From contig CAUTNK010000012.1 of NCBI GenBank assembly GCA_963540065.1, positions 15,660-79,659 of the forward strand: DNA of 64,000 bases. The letters are read 5' to 3'. Below are positions 17,489 to 26,348 of this stretch, piece by piece. The notes below the pieces were generated by a model. That model ran no database searches. It worked only from the letters and a program-made list of their open reading frames with translations, and was not told the origin of the DNA. Position 1 is the first letter of the stretch. Every line of letters starts with the position of its first letter. The stretch is from an uncultured Bacteroidia bacterium. GTDB taxonomy: Bacteria > Bacteroidota > Bacteroidia > Bacteroidales > CAJPTX01. The position numbers and the translations under genes are program-made.

Positions 17489-18091
17489 ATGAAAGCTGAT
17501 ATAAATCGTCGAGTGGCTGTGAGCTACCAATTAATGGTTGAAGGAAAAGAAGAGGATAAAGCCGATAGTACGAAGCCTCTCGAGTTTGTACTCGGGATGG
17601 GGCAATTGCTTCCGGGTTTTGAAGATGCTGTGATTAACAAGGAACCCGGCGAGTCCTTCGAAATTGAACTACAACCCGAGGATGCTTACGGGGTTTATAA
17701 TATCGGGAATATAGTGGATCTGCCCATGAGTATCTTTACCATCGACGGTAAGGTTATGACAGATATGCTCGAAATTGGCAAAGTACTCCCCATGCAAACG
17801 CACTCTGGGCAAACGATGATGGGTAAGGTACTTGAGGTGGCAACTGAGACTGTAAAAATGGATTTTAATCATCCCCTCGCTGGGAAGGTATTACACTTTA
17901 CCGGTCGGGTCGAAAGAGTAGAAGAGGTATCGCCCGAAGAGTTGGAAGCTATGACCCACGCGCACAATTGTGGTTGCTGCTGTGGCGACGACTGCGACGG
18001 GCACCACTCCGAGGAAGGCTGTTGTGGAGAACATCACCACGACCACGGTGATGGCGGCTGTTGTGGTGGAGAGCATCACCATTGCCATTAA
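17489..18091 (+). CDS. slyD: FKBP-type peptidyl-prolyl isomerase SlyD with Cys/His-rich metal-binding tail
   Basis: FKBP/IF-domain layout (VSYQLMVEGKE...LEFVLGMGQLLPGFEDAV...MDFNHPLAGKVLHFTGRV). Tail: HAHNCGCCCGDDCDGHHSEEGCCGEHHHDHGDGGCCGGEHHHCH. Confidence 0.85.
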   Translation: MKADINRRVAVSYQLMVEGKEEDKADSTKPLEFVLGMGQLLPGFEDAVINKEPGESFEIELQPEDAYGVYNIGNIVDLPMSIFTIDGKVMTDMLEIGKVLPMQTHSGQTMMGKVLEVATETVKMDFNHPLAGKVLHFTGRVERVEEVSPEELEAMTHAHNCGCCCGDDCDGHHSEEGCCGEHHHDHGDGGCCGGEHHHCH

Positions 18092-18217
18092 GAAGGCTGA
18101 CGATTGCACAATAAAGCTGTCAGAAGATTTGTAATCTTTCCGAACGCGGAACGGGCGTAATCGGCTGGCTTTTTAGTGCAACAGCGAGCGGATTCTGCCC
18201 ATCCGTCCGTAATTTCC

Positions 18218-18225
18218 TACTTTTG
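18218..18225 (+). promoter_or_regulatory. Bacteroidota-type -7 promoter box (TAnnTTTG)
   Basis: TACTTTTG lies 22 nt upstream of the GTG start at 18247. Confidence 0.4.
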
Positions 18226-18246
18226 TAAGAGTAATAGCAAGGTAAA

Positions 18247-19731
18247 GTGGAAGAAGATTCTCTGATCTGCCACAGAGGCGAGATCGTAAAAAAAGAGGGA
18301 TTGGAAGAGTTCTATGTCCCAGATTCAGCGGATTTCGGTCTTTACGACTGGGGTGCGCCCTTTTCGAAGGATGTGCGCGACGAAGGGATAGTACAAGTCC
18401 AGTTTAAGAATTCGCGTCGTGGATTTTATATTAACCGTTCTATGCTTTCGGTGCATAGGGGCGATATTGTGGCTGTGGCTGCCGTCGGTGGTCACGATAT
18501 AGGTATTGTAGCCTTAACAGGTTGGTTGGCACGCCGCTCTTTTCTGCAGCTTCAGTGTCAGAACCCACAAACCGAACCGGATCCCCCGTTAGAGCTTTAC
18601 AGAAAGGCTACGCAGCAGGATATCTTACGCTGGGTAGATTGCGTCGATAAAGAATTCGATATCATGCTCCGTGCTAGGGTCATTGCGCAAGAAATGAACC
18701 TGCAGATGAAGATATCGGATGTCGAATACCAAGGCGATGGTAGCAAGCTCCTCTTCTACTATAGTGCGGAGCAACGCGTCGATTTTCGCGAGCTTGTCAG
18801 AGTTTTTGCTTCCGAGTTCAGAGTGCGTATCGAAATGCGACAGATCGGTCCCCGGCAAGAGGCGGCACGTATCGGTGGTATTGGTAGCTGCGGTCGAGAG
18901 ATTTGTTGTGGCGGATGGTTGCGCAATTTCTCTTCGGTTACTACAAGTACCATAAAGTTACAGGATCTGACGCCCAACCCACAAAAACAAGCAGGGCAGT
19001 GCGGTAAACTTAAATGCTGCTTAAACTTTGAGGTCGCGGTATACGAGGAAGCAAAAAGAAAAATCCCACGCGTAAAAGCTCCACTACTCTTTGAGGACGG
19101 GTTGCTCTACCATGTGAAGAATGATCTTTTCCGCGATTGCATGTATTTTGCTACGACTCCAAAAGCAACAGATCGCCTCATTATGCTCACTTGCGAACAG
19201 GTAGAACAGGTCTTGGCGCTAAACCATGCCGGGCAAAAGGGAGATTCGATTCTTGCCTATCGAGTAGAAGAGGAGGAGACCGATTCCTCTGCAACTTTAG
19301 GTTACGGCAATGTGATTGAAGAAGAGAGCCTAACGAGGTTTGATAAAAGCAGGAAAAAGAACAAAAATAAATCGAGAAATAAACAACAACTAACACCGAA
19401 AGAACCGAATACAGATAAACCGACAGTTGCTAATAATACTGCCAAACAGAGTCCTAATGCCAGTGAACAAACTAGCGGAAAGGACAACAAGCAGCAGCCC
19501 AAAAAAGCACACCAACAACCGCGAGTACCGAACAATACCAATACACCGAACAATAGGAACGACAATAAGCAGCAGTCGTCCAATAATAACAAACCACGTT
19601 TTCACAAACAGTCTAACAGACAACAACAGCAAAAAGTACATAAGGAGGCAACGACTACTTCACCACAGCCTGATGCGAAAAATACAAAGCCACAACAAAG
19701 GTCTGATGGGCATAATGACGAGAAAAATTAA
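18247..19731 (+). CDS. PSP1 C-terminal domain (RicT/YaaT-like) protein with a long low-complexity tail
   Basis: Cys-rich PSP1 core (GGIGSCGREICCGGWL...QAGQCGKLKCCLNFE). The C-terminal ~150 aa are rich in K/N/Q/P/T. GTG start. Confidence 0.75.
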   Translation: MEEDSLICHRGEIVKKEGLEEFYVPDSADFGLYDWGAPFSKDVRDEGIVQVQFKNSRRGFYINRSMLSVHRGDIVAVAAVGGHDIGIVALTGWLARRSFLQLQCQNPQTEPDPPLELYRKATQQDILRWVDCVDKEFDIMLRARVIAQEMNLQMKISDVEYQGDGSKLLFYYSAEQRVDFRELVRVFASEFRVRIEMRQIGPRQEAARIGGIGSCGREICCGGWLRNFSSVTTSTIKLQDLTPNPQKQAGQCGKLKCCLNFEVAVYEEAKRKIPRVKAPLLFEDGLLYHVKNDLFRDCMYFATTPKATDRLIMLTCEQVEQVLALNHAGQKGDSILAYRVEEEETDSSATLGYGNVIEEESLTRFDKSRKKNKNKSRNKQQLTPKEPNTDKPTVANNTAKQSPNASEQTSGKDNKQQPKKAHQQPRVPNNTNTPNNRNDNKQQSSNNNKPRFHKQSNRQQQQKVHKEATTTSPQPDAKNTKPQQRSDGHNDEKN

Positions 19732-19807
19732 CCCCGTTGCTCTAAATCCCGCAAACAACAGGTTTGTTGGTTTTTAATCCTTTGCATCTTCTTTTAGAAC
19801 GGTTTTG

Positions 19808-20329
19808 ATGTTGATTTCTAGAGGTTTACATACTAGGTTGCGCAGAGGTTGGTTCTTTGTTCTGGTTGTCGTGCTTTATGCATTTTTGTTCTCTTGTCAG
19901 TCCGATATCCTCTTTACAGCGGATAAGCCGTTTACAGATGCACTGTGGGATAAAGATACTATCCTCCGTTTCGATTATTTCAATCAGGATACTATCCAAC
20001 CGTGCGATCTCTATTTTTATATCCGGCATAACCCAACATATCCACACGCGAATCTGTATCTCTTTCTCGAAATAGACTCACCAGAAGGCACGCGTGTAAC
20101 TGATACTGTGAGTTTTATGCTTGCCTCGCCACAAGGCGAATGGTACGGAAAGGGTTTTGCAACTTCCAAACAGCTCCTATTGCCCTATCATGCCGATTTC
20201 CGCTTCCTACAACTCGGGAAGTATGTATTCTCTATCCGTCACGGTATGCGCTACGACAAGTTGCCCGGTGTAGAGGACTTCGGACTGCAAATCTACGAGC
20301 ACCAACCCAAACAAGATGCCCAAAAATAA
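19808..20329 (+). CDS. gldH: Gliding-motility-associated lipoprotein GldH
   Basis: Lipobox LFSC. Family-like stretches WDKDTILRFDY, YFYIRHNPTYPHANLYLFLEI, GEWYGKGF, GKYVFSIRHGMRYDKLPGVEDFGLQI. It follows the PSP1 gene, as in other Bacteroidota I recall. Confidence 0.7.
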   Translation: MLISRGLHTRLRRGWFFVLVVVLYAFLFSCQSDILFTADKPFTDALWDKDTILRFDYFNQDTIQPCDLYFYIRHNPTYPHANLYLFLEIDSPEGTRVTDTVSFMLASPQGEWYGKGFATSKQLLLPYHADFRFLQLGKYVFSIRHGMRYDKLPGVEDFGLQIYEHQPKQDAQK

Positions 20330-21089
20330 GCTCGCGCGGTTTCGCGATAATGCATCTTTTGACGACTTGCACCAACCACCGTTTGCTCAGGTTTGGAATG
20401 CAGATTATTATTTGAAAGGACAGTGGGCACAGGCGCAGTTCCGGAATTCTAACCCGATCACCCTTGAGCTAGGCTGCGGACGTGGCGAGTATACTTTAGC
20501 AATGGCTATGAGCACACCAGAGCAGAATTTTGTAGGAATGGATATAAAGGGGGCACGTATCTGGGTAGGAGCGAAAGCGGCACACGAACAGGGAATAAAA
20601 AATGTAGCATGGGTAAGGGCTAGAATCGAAACACTAACCTCTTTTTTTGCACCATGCGAGATCAGCAACCTCTGGATCACCTTCCCCGATCCACAGCTTA
20701 AAGAGCGGAGAGAAAAGAAAAGACTCACTTGCGAAGCCTTTTTAAGATCCTATGCCAGAATCCTTGCCCCAGAAAGTACTATACATCTAAAAACCGATAG
20801 CTACGAGCTCTTCGCCTATACACGTAATCTGGTTCAGGAGCTCGGTGCACGGATCCACTATGCATTGGATGATATAGATTCGCATCTCGAGCATTTTCCC
20901 CTTTTGCAGATTCAGACGCACTACGAACAACTTTTTCGCAACCAAGGAAAGAAGATTTGTTATATTGCTTTTAATCTTCCAACCGATTGGTTTACAGAGT
21001 ATAAAGGCTTACTCCTAACCCCACAAGAGTATTGGAAGGGCGCAGCCAATACAGAAACTACAATACCGAATATACCAGCTGAGCTATAA
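20316..21089 (+). CDS. trmB: tRNA (guanine46-N7)-methyltransferase
   Basis: Motifs LELGCGRGEYTLAMA, FVGMDIKG and WITFPDPQLKERREKKRL. Overlaps the gldH stop by 14 nt. Confidence 0.85.
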   Translation: MPKNKLARFRDNASFDDLHQPPFAQVWNADYYLKGQWAQAQFRNSNPITLELGCGRGEYTLAMAMSTPEQNFVGMDIKGARIWVGAKAAHEQGIKNVAWVRARIETLTSFFAPCEISNLWITFPDPQLKERREKKRLTCEAFLRSYARILAPESTIHLKTDSYELFAYTRNLVQELGARIHYALDDIDSHLEHFPLLQIQTHYEQLFRNQGKKICYIAFNLPTDWFTEYKGLLLTPQEYWKGAANTETTIPNIPAEL

Positions 21090-21127
21090 AAAACTATGCA
21101 AAAAGAAGTGTTCTAAATAAGAATTAT

Positions 21128-21135
21128 TAGATTTG
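21128..21135 (+). promoter_or_regulatory. Bacteroidota-type -7 promoter box (TAnnTTTG)
   Basis: TAGATTTG lies 55 nt upstream of the ATG at 21190. Confidence 0.35.
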
Positions 21136-21189
21136 GGAATTATCTTGCTATTAATGGTTCGCCCATACCCAACAAGAGATTACTAAGAG

Positions 21190-21927
21190 ATGCCACGTTG
21201 TTTAGCTGTACTCCCAACGTACAACGAGCGCGAGAATATTGCCATGATGCTCGATGCACTACTGAGTCTCCCCATACCGATGCATGTGCTTGTGGTGGAC
21301 GACAACTCGCCAGACGGAACTTGGCAGTACGTACAAGAGTTCATTGCTAACGGTCAGCAACAACAGGTAGCGCTCCTACATCGTCCGGAAAAACAAGGTC
21401 TCCGCTCAGCATATATCGATGGCTTTCAGTGGGGATTAGAAAGAGGCTTCGATTTCATTTGTGAGATAGATGCCGATTTCTCGCACAATCCTAACGATAT
21501 CCCTCGCCTTGTCGATGCCTGTCAGAATCAGGAAGCTGATATTGCTATAGGCTCTAGGTATGTTAGTGGCGTGAATGTGGTGAACTGGCCTCTGGGGCGA
21601 ATCCTGATGAGTTATTGTGCATCGCTCTATGTGCGATGCATTACCGGGATGCCCGTGAAGGACACAACGGCGGGTTTTGTATGCTATCGCGCTACTACAC
21701 TGCGAGATATATTGGACTACAAAATCCGTATGAAAGGCTACGGTTTCCAAATAGAAATGAAATATTTAGCTTACCGCCTTGGATACAAGATTACCGAAGT
21801 GCCGATAATATTTACGGATCGGAAACGTGGTACCTCTAAAATGTCGGGCGGTATTTTTTCGGAAGCGCTTTGGGGAGTTATCCGTATGCGGTTCTCGTCC
21901 CATCCTCGTAAATCTACAACTCTTTAG
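21190..21927 (+). CDS. GT2 polyprenol/dolichol-phosphate mannosyltransferase-like glycosyltransferase
   Basis: Motifs VLPTYNERENI, VVDDNSPDGT, ADFSHNP and GSRY. Confidence 0.8.
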   Translation: MPRCLAVLPTYNERENIAMMLDALLSLPIPMHVLVVDDNSPDGTWQYVQEFIANGQQQQVALLHRPEKQGLRSAYIDGFQWGLERGFDFICEIDADFSHNPNDIPRLVDACQNQEADIAIGSRYVSGVNVVNWPLGRILMSYCASLYVRCITGMPVKDTTAGFVCYRATTLRDILDYKIRMKGYGFQIEMKYLAYRLGYKITEVPIIFTDRKRGTSKMSGGIFSEALWGVIRMRFSSHPRKSTTL

Positions 21928-21930
21928 TAA

Positions 21931-23325
21931 ATGCCGGGTATTTGTAAACACCGACTCCCGTTTGTCGTCCACAATGTCCGTATGGTAGATCAAGGGCGAA
22001 TACGTGAGGGTGCCCTACTGGTCGAAAAAAACGGGCGTATCGAACAAATTTCGGATGGGCACCTATCTCTAGATCCTAGGAAGCGCTATTTTCTCATCGA
22101 CGGCAATGGGCAATATCTTTTGCCTGGGGTGATTGATACGCATGTGCATTTTCGCGATCCCGGGTTTACGCACAAGGGCGATATCGAAACGGAGTCGAGA
22201 GCCGCTGTCGCCGGTGGCGTTACTAGTTTTTGCGATATGCCCAATACGAAGCCCCTTACTATAACTAGGGAGGTTTTACGCGACAAATACAATGCTGCCG
22301 CCGGACGCGCCTATGCAAACTATGCCTTTTATTTAGGTGCGTCTAAAGATAATTTGGACGAGATCCGAAATGCTGACCCGACTACGACACCTGCTATTAA
22401 ACTCTTTATGGGGGCTTCGACGGGAAATATGCAACTTACGGATCCGCAATGTTTGGAAGCGCTCTTTCGCGAGTCGCCACTTCTGATAGCTGCACACTGC
22501 GAGACGGATGCTAAGATAGAACAAAACCTAGCTGCTGCAAAAAGACAGTTCCCGAACGGTATCCCCTTTACGGAGCATGCGCATATTCGTTCTACCGAGT
22601 CGTGTGTCGAAAGTGTCAAACTCGCCCAGCAACTTGCCATCAACAATAATGCACGCCTGCATGTATTGCATCTGAGTGCAGAGGAAGAGCTTGCCTTGTT
22701 TCGAAATCTGAGCGAACAAAATAAGGGGGAAATTACTTGCGAAACCTGCCCTCACTACTTGTATTTTAGCGACGAGGACTACGATCTCCTGCAGTGGCAA
22801 ATAAAGTGTAATCCCGCTATAAAAGGGACAAAGGATCGCGCTGCACTCATCCAAGCTATTCAAGACGGAACGATACAGACCATCGGGACGGATCATGCGC
22901 CACACCTCGTTTCCGAAAAACTAACCGATTATTTGCACTCCCCCTCCGGAATCCCATCTATACAGTATAGTTTAGTGCTCATGCTTGAGTTAGCAAGGCG
23001 CGAACATATCCCATTCTCACAGATTGTAGAGCTGATGTGCCATGCTCCGAGCCGACTTTTTGGTGTGGTAGATCGAGGCTACTTGCGCGAGGGATATTTT
23101 GCCGATTTGGTCTTTGTTGCTGAATCGGAACCCAGAGTGGTGAATAGCCGGGGTGCGGAAAGCCGTTGCGAATGGTCGCCTTACGACGGATACCAAACGC
23201 ACTATTTTGTCCGGCGTACAATAGTTAACGGACAGGTAGCATATTGCTATATACACGGAGCGCAGGGTAAGCACGCACTTCCTCTAAACTTTAATGCCAA
23301 TCAACGCGATGGAAAATTCCTCTAG
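21931..23325 (+). CDS. pyrC: Dihydroorotase (cyclic amidohydrolase family)
   Basis: Motifs LLPGVIDTHVHFRDPG, AIKLFMGASTGN, HCE and GTDHAPH. Confidence 0.8.
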   Translation: MPGICKHRLPFVVHNVRMVDQGRIREGALLVEKNGRIEQISDGHLSLDPRKRYFLIDGNGQYLLPGVIDTHVHFRDPGFTHKGDIETESRAAVAGGVTSFCDMPNTKPLTITREVLRDKYNAAAGRAYANYAFYLGASKDNLDEIRNADPTTTPAIKLFMGASTGNMQLTDPQCLEALFRESPLLIAAHCETDAKIEQNLAAAKRQFPNGIPFTEHAHIRSTESCVESVKLAQQLAINNNARLHVLHLSAEEELALFRNLSEQNKGEITCETCPHYLYFSDEDYDLLQWQIKCNPAIKGTKDRAALIQAIQDGTIQTIGTDHAPHLVSEKLTDYLHSPSGIPSIQYSLVLMLELARREHIPFSQIVELMCHAPSRLFGVVDRGYLREGYFADLVFVAESEPRVVNSRGAESRCEWSPYDGYQTHYFVRRTIVNGQVAYCYIHGAQGKHALPLNFNANQRDGKFL

Positions 23326-24019
23326 CTTAATAAGTTCTACGATGCTCGCAGAAGACCTCCTGCGCAACTATCCGCCAGCACTTATGCTGTTCGAACGACT
23401 TAAGTTACCCCTCCGTGGAGGCGAGGCGACGCTCCTAGATCTGGTTTCCGAACGAGGTATGCGAATCCAACTCCTCACCAATTTGTTACACTGTATTCTG
23501 GGTAAACCGCTTAGCATGCTGCCTACATTTATACCAGAAGATGCCCCCTACCTCTTGGACTACTTGTTGGCGGGGCACGACTACTATGTAAAGGAGGCTA
23601 ATCCGAACATCGCTGCAATGTTAGGTACGGTGCTCCCAGATACCGATAGTCAGAACCGAGCGCTGTTGCGTAACTTTTATGATCGCTATATGCAGGAGGC
23701 GCAGGAGCATTTCGACTACGAACGCAATATAGTCTTTCCGTATGTAAGAAAGCTCTGTGCAATAAAAAAAGAGAAAACTGATACCGCTGCTTACCGTATG
23801 CAGGAGTATAAGCATCGGCATTCCGATATACAAGTAAAATTGAAGGATCTACAACTGCTCCTACTGCGCTACTTACCGCCACTGCGCGACGAAGGGCAAG
23901 CGCGTCGGCTACTATTTGCTCTCGGACTCCTGTGTGAGGATCTGCGCATTCATACTGAGATTGAGGATAATGTCCTGATCCCACTGGTCGAAAAAATGGA
24001 ACAACAATGGAAGTTCTAA
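23294..24019 (+). CDS. Hemerythrin-like (HHE cation-binding) domain protein
   Basis: His/Glu spacing typical of hemerythrin-like four-helix bundles: GHDYYVKE, EHFDYERNIVFPYV, HRHSDIQVKLKDL, IHTEIEDNVLIPLVE. The start is uncertain (23294, 23309 or 23342). Confidence 0.6.
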   Translation: MPINAMENSSSLISSTMLAEDLLRNYPPALMLFERLKLPLRGGEATLLDLVSERGMRIQLLTNLLHCILGKPLSMLPTFIPEDAPYLLDYLLAGHDYYVKEANPNIAAMLGTVLPDTDSQNRALLRNFYDRYMQEAQEHFDYERNIVFPYVRKLCAIKKEKTDTAAYRMQEYKHRHSDIQVKLKDLQLLLLRYLPPLRDEGQARRLLFALGLLCEDLRIHTEIEDNVLIPLVEKMEQQWKF

Positions 24020-24627
24020 CCCACCGAGCACAAACTATTATCTTTACACCACACGTATTTGTGGCGCATTTTATAGCGTATTTGCTACAACTCGATTTTC
24101 CCGAAATGGTAGTTGTACACCACCCTTACTGGGAACGTCATACCATAGACCTCGATTCTAATTACCTTAAGTTAGTTGTTGTCGATACTGCACAAGCCTA
24201 TTTTGCACCGCAACCTATTATCGCCCTGCGAAAAAATAAGCCAGAGGTAACAATTGTAGGTCTGGAAATGCAGATGATGCGCCGGCAGTTGCAAGTACAG
24301 TTCGATGCTACCATCAACACCCTCATGAATCACAACGAGGTGCGTACCGTGCTTACGAACATCTTCCGCGTACAGGAGAAACGTCCACAACGTCCGCAAC
24401 TCTCAAAGCGCGAAATCGAAGTCCTCCAACGCTTGGTACAGGGTAAAACGGCAAAGGAAATAGGCGAAGAACTCTTTATCAGTGTACACACCGTTACCTC
24501 GCACCGGAAAAACATAAGTACCAAACTAGGGATCCGTTCCATATCGGCCATGGCAATATATGCAGCCAATGTGAAATTGATAGACCCTGCCGATGTGCGC
24601 GAAAATCCCGAACCAGAAATAACATAA
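24007..24627 (+). CDS. LuxR/FixJ-family HTH transcription regulator with a receiver-like N-terminal domain
   Basis: C-terminus [45 protein letters not shown]. Overlaps the upstream gene by 13 nt. Confidence 0.8.
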   Translation: MEVLTHRAQTIIFTPHVFVAHFIAYLLQLDFPEMVVVHHPYWERHTIDLDSNYLKLVVVDTAQAYFAPQPIIALRKNKPEVTIVGLEMQMMRRQLQVQFDATINTLMNHNEVRTVLTNIFRVQEKRPQRPQLSKREIEVLQRLVQGKTAKEIGEELFISVHTVTSHRKNISTKLGIRSISAMAIYAANVKLIDPADVRENPEPEIT

Positions 24628-24687
24628 CCAAGCTCCGCTACCTCCCTGTTACCTCATAGTATCTACCCGCTTTGAATATGCTTTTAA

Positions 24688-24695
24688 TACCTTTG
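24688..24695 (+). promoter_or_regulatory. Bacteroidota-type -7 promoter box (TAnnTTTG)
   Basis: TACCTTTG lies 27 nt upstream of the guaA ATG. Confidence 0.45.
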
Positions 24696-24721
24696 TACCC
24701 AAGGAGAGGAGGCTGTTAGAG

Positions 24722-26266
24722 ATGGAGCCACGTGAGGGTGTGCACGAAAAGTTGCTGATTCTGGACTTCGGGTCGCAGTATACGCAGCTGATAGCTAGGC
24801 GTGTGCGAGAATTGGGGGTCTATTGCGAGGTAAAACCCTATAATACACAAATACACGACTATAGTGAGTGGAAAGCCATTATCCTCTCCGGTAGTCCGTG
24901 TTCGGTGCACGATAATAAAGCACCTACATTACCCTTAACCGATTTTATTGAAAAAATCCCCGTGCTGGGCATCTGTTACGGGGCACAGCTCCTAGCAGAA
25001 CAGTACGGAGGTAGTGTATTACGTTCGAAAAAACGCGAGTACGGACGTGCAGAATTGCAAAACATCGATACGAAAAATACCTTACTAGACTCTATACAAC
25101 AGGGTGTCGAGGTCTGGATGTCCCATGGCGATTCGATAGAAGTGCTACCACAAGGTTGGAAAATCCTTGCAAGTACTGACGACATTCCCGTAGCAGCCTT
25201 TCAGGTTAGCGATCGGGTTTTTGGTTTGCAGTTCCATCCCGAAGTGGTACATACGCCGTGTGGGGTAGATATTCTCCGCAATTTCTTGTTAAAGATTGCG
25301 CAATTTCGATGCGATTGGACCCCGAAAGCTTTCATACAGCAAACCGTAGCAGACCTCAAGCAAAAGATAGGTGCAGATAACATCATTTTGGGGCTTTCCG
25401 GGGGGGTAGATAGCTCTGTTGCGGCAGCACTTTTGCATAAAGCCGTTGGTTCCCAATTAACCTGCCTGTTTATTGATAACGGACTGCTACGTAAGGACGA
25501 GTTTGCATCCGTCTTGCAATCCTACCAGGATATGGGCTTGCAGGTGCGGGGTATCGATGCTAAACAACGTTTTTTTGACGCTCTGAAGGGCGTTACGGAT
25601 CCCGAGTTGAAACGAAAAACTATCGGACGATGCTTTATTGAGGCTTTCGAGGACGCTGCCTCACATATACCGAACTTAAAGTGGTTGGCACAAGGTACTA
25701 TTTATCCCGACGTTATAGAATCTGTTTCGCTAGGGGGACCGAGTGTTACTATCAAATCGCACCACAATGTGGGCGGACTTCCAGAACGGATGAAATTCCA
25801 ACTGGTCGAACCCTTGCGTCTACTTTTTAAGGACGAAGTGCGTAGAGTTGGTAAAGAGCTTAATATCCCCGAAATCATCCTAGGGCGACACCCATTTCCT
25901 GGTCCTGGGCTGGCGATTCGAGTGCTGGGCGAAGTGACACCAGAGCGCGTACAACTCCTCCAAGAGGCGGATGCGATCTACCAAAATATATTGCGTGAAG
26001 AGGATCTGTACGATAAAATCTGGCAAGCTGGTGCAGTTCTGCTGCCCGTGCGCTCTGTGGGAGTTATGGGTGACGAACGTTCCTATGAAAGCGTCCTAGC
26101 ATTACGAGCTGTAACCTCTACCGACGGGATGACTGCCGACTGGTACCACATACCATACCAAGTATTAGCACGGATCTCGAACGAGATTATTAACAATGTA
26201 CACGGAATCAATCGCGTTGTATACGACATAAGCTCCAAACCACCGGCTACGATAGAGTGGGAATAA
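24722..26266 (+). CDS. guaA: GMP synthase (glutamine-hydrolysing)
   Basis: GATase ([32 protein letters not shown]), PP-loop [11 protein letters not shown]-terminus [14 protein letters not shown]. Confidence 0.97.
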   Translation: MEPREGVHEKLLILDFGSQYTQLIARRVRELGVYCEVKPYNTQIHDYSEWKAIILSGSPCSVHDNKAPTLPLTDFIEKIPVLGICYGAQLLAEQYGGSVLRSKKREYGRAELQNIDTKNTLLDSIQQGVEVWMSHGDSIEVLPQGWKILASTDDIPVAAFQVSDRVFGLQFHPEVVHTPCGVDILRNFLLKIAQFRCDWTPKAFIQQTVADLKQKIGADNIILGLSGGVDSSVAAALLHKAVGSQLTCLFIDNGLLRKDEFASVLQSYQDMGLQVRGIDAKQRFFDALKGVTDPELKRKTIGRCFIEAFEDAASHIPNLKWLAQGTIYPDVIESVSLGGPSVTIKSHHNVGGLPERMKFQLVEPLRLLFKDEVRRVGKELNIPEIILGRHPFPGPGLAIRVLGEVTPERVQLLQEADAIYQNILREEDLYDKIWQAGAVLLPVRSVGVMGDERSYESVLALRAVTSTDGMTADWYHIPYQVLARISNEIINNVHGINRVVYDISSKPPATIEWE

Positions 26267-26348
26267 TCTGAAGAGTTGCCTACTGCTGAAGGAGCTCTCG
26301 CTACTACAATTGTTTATTTTTTGGATTTTTTACTTCGGAATATAGTAC

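Noticed and set aside
19302-19777. Several 80-116-aa ORFs on both strands across 19.3-19.8 kb
   Set aside because: They lie within the low-complexity A-rich tail-coding region of the PSP1 gene. Open frames there are a compositional artefact.
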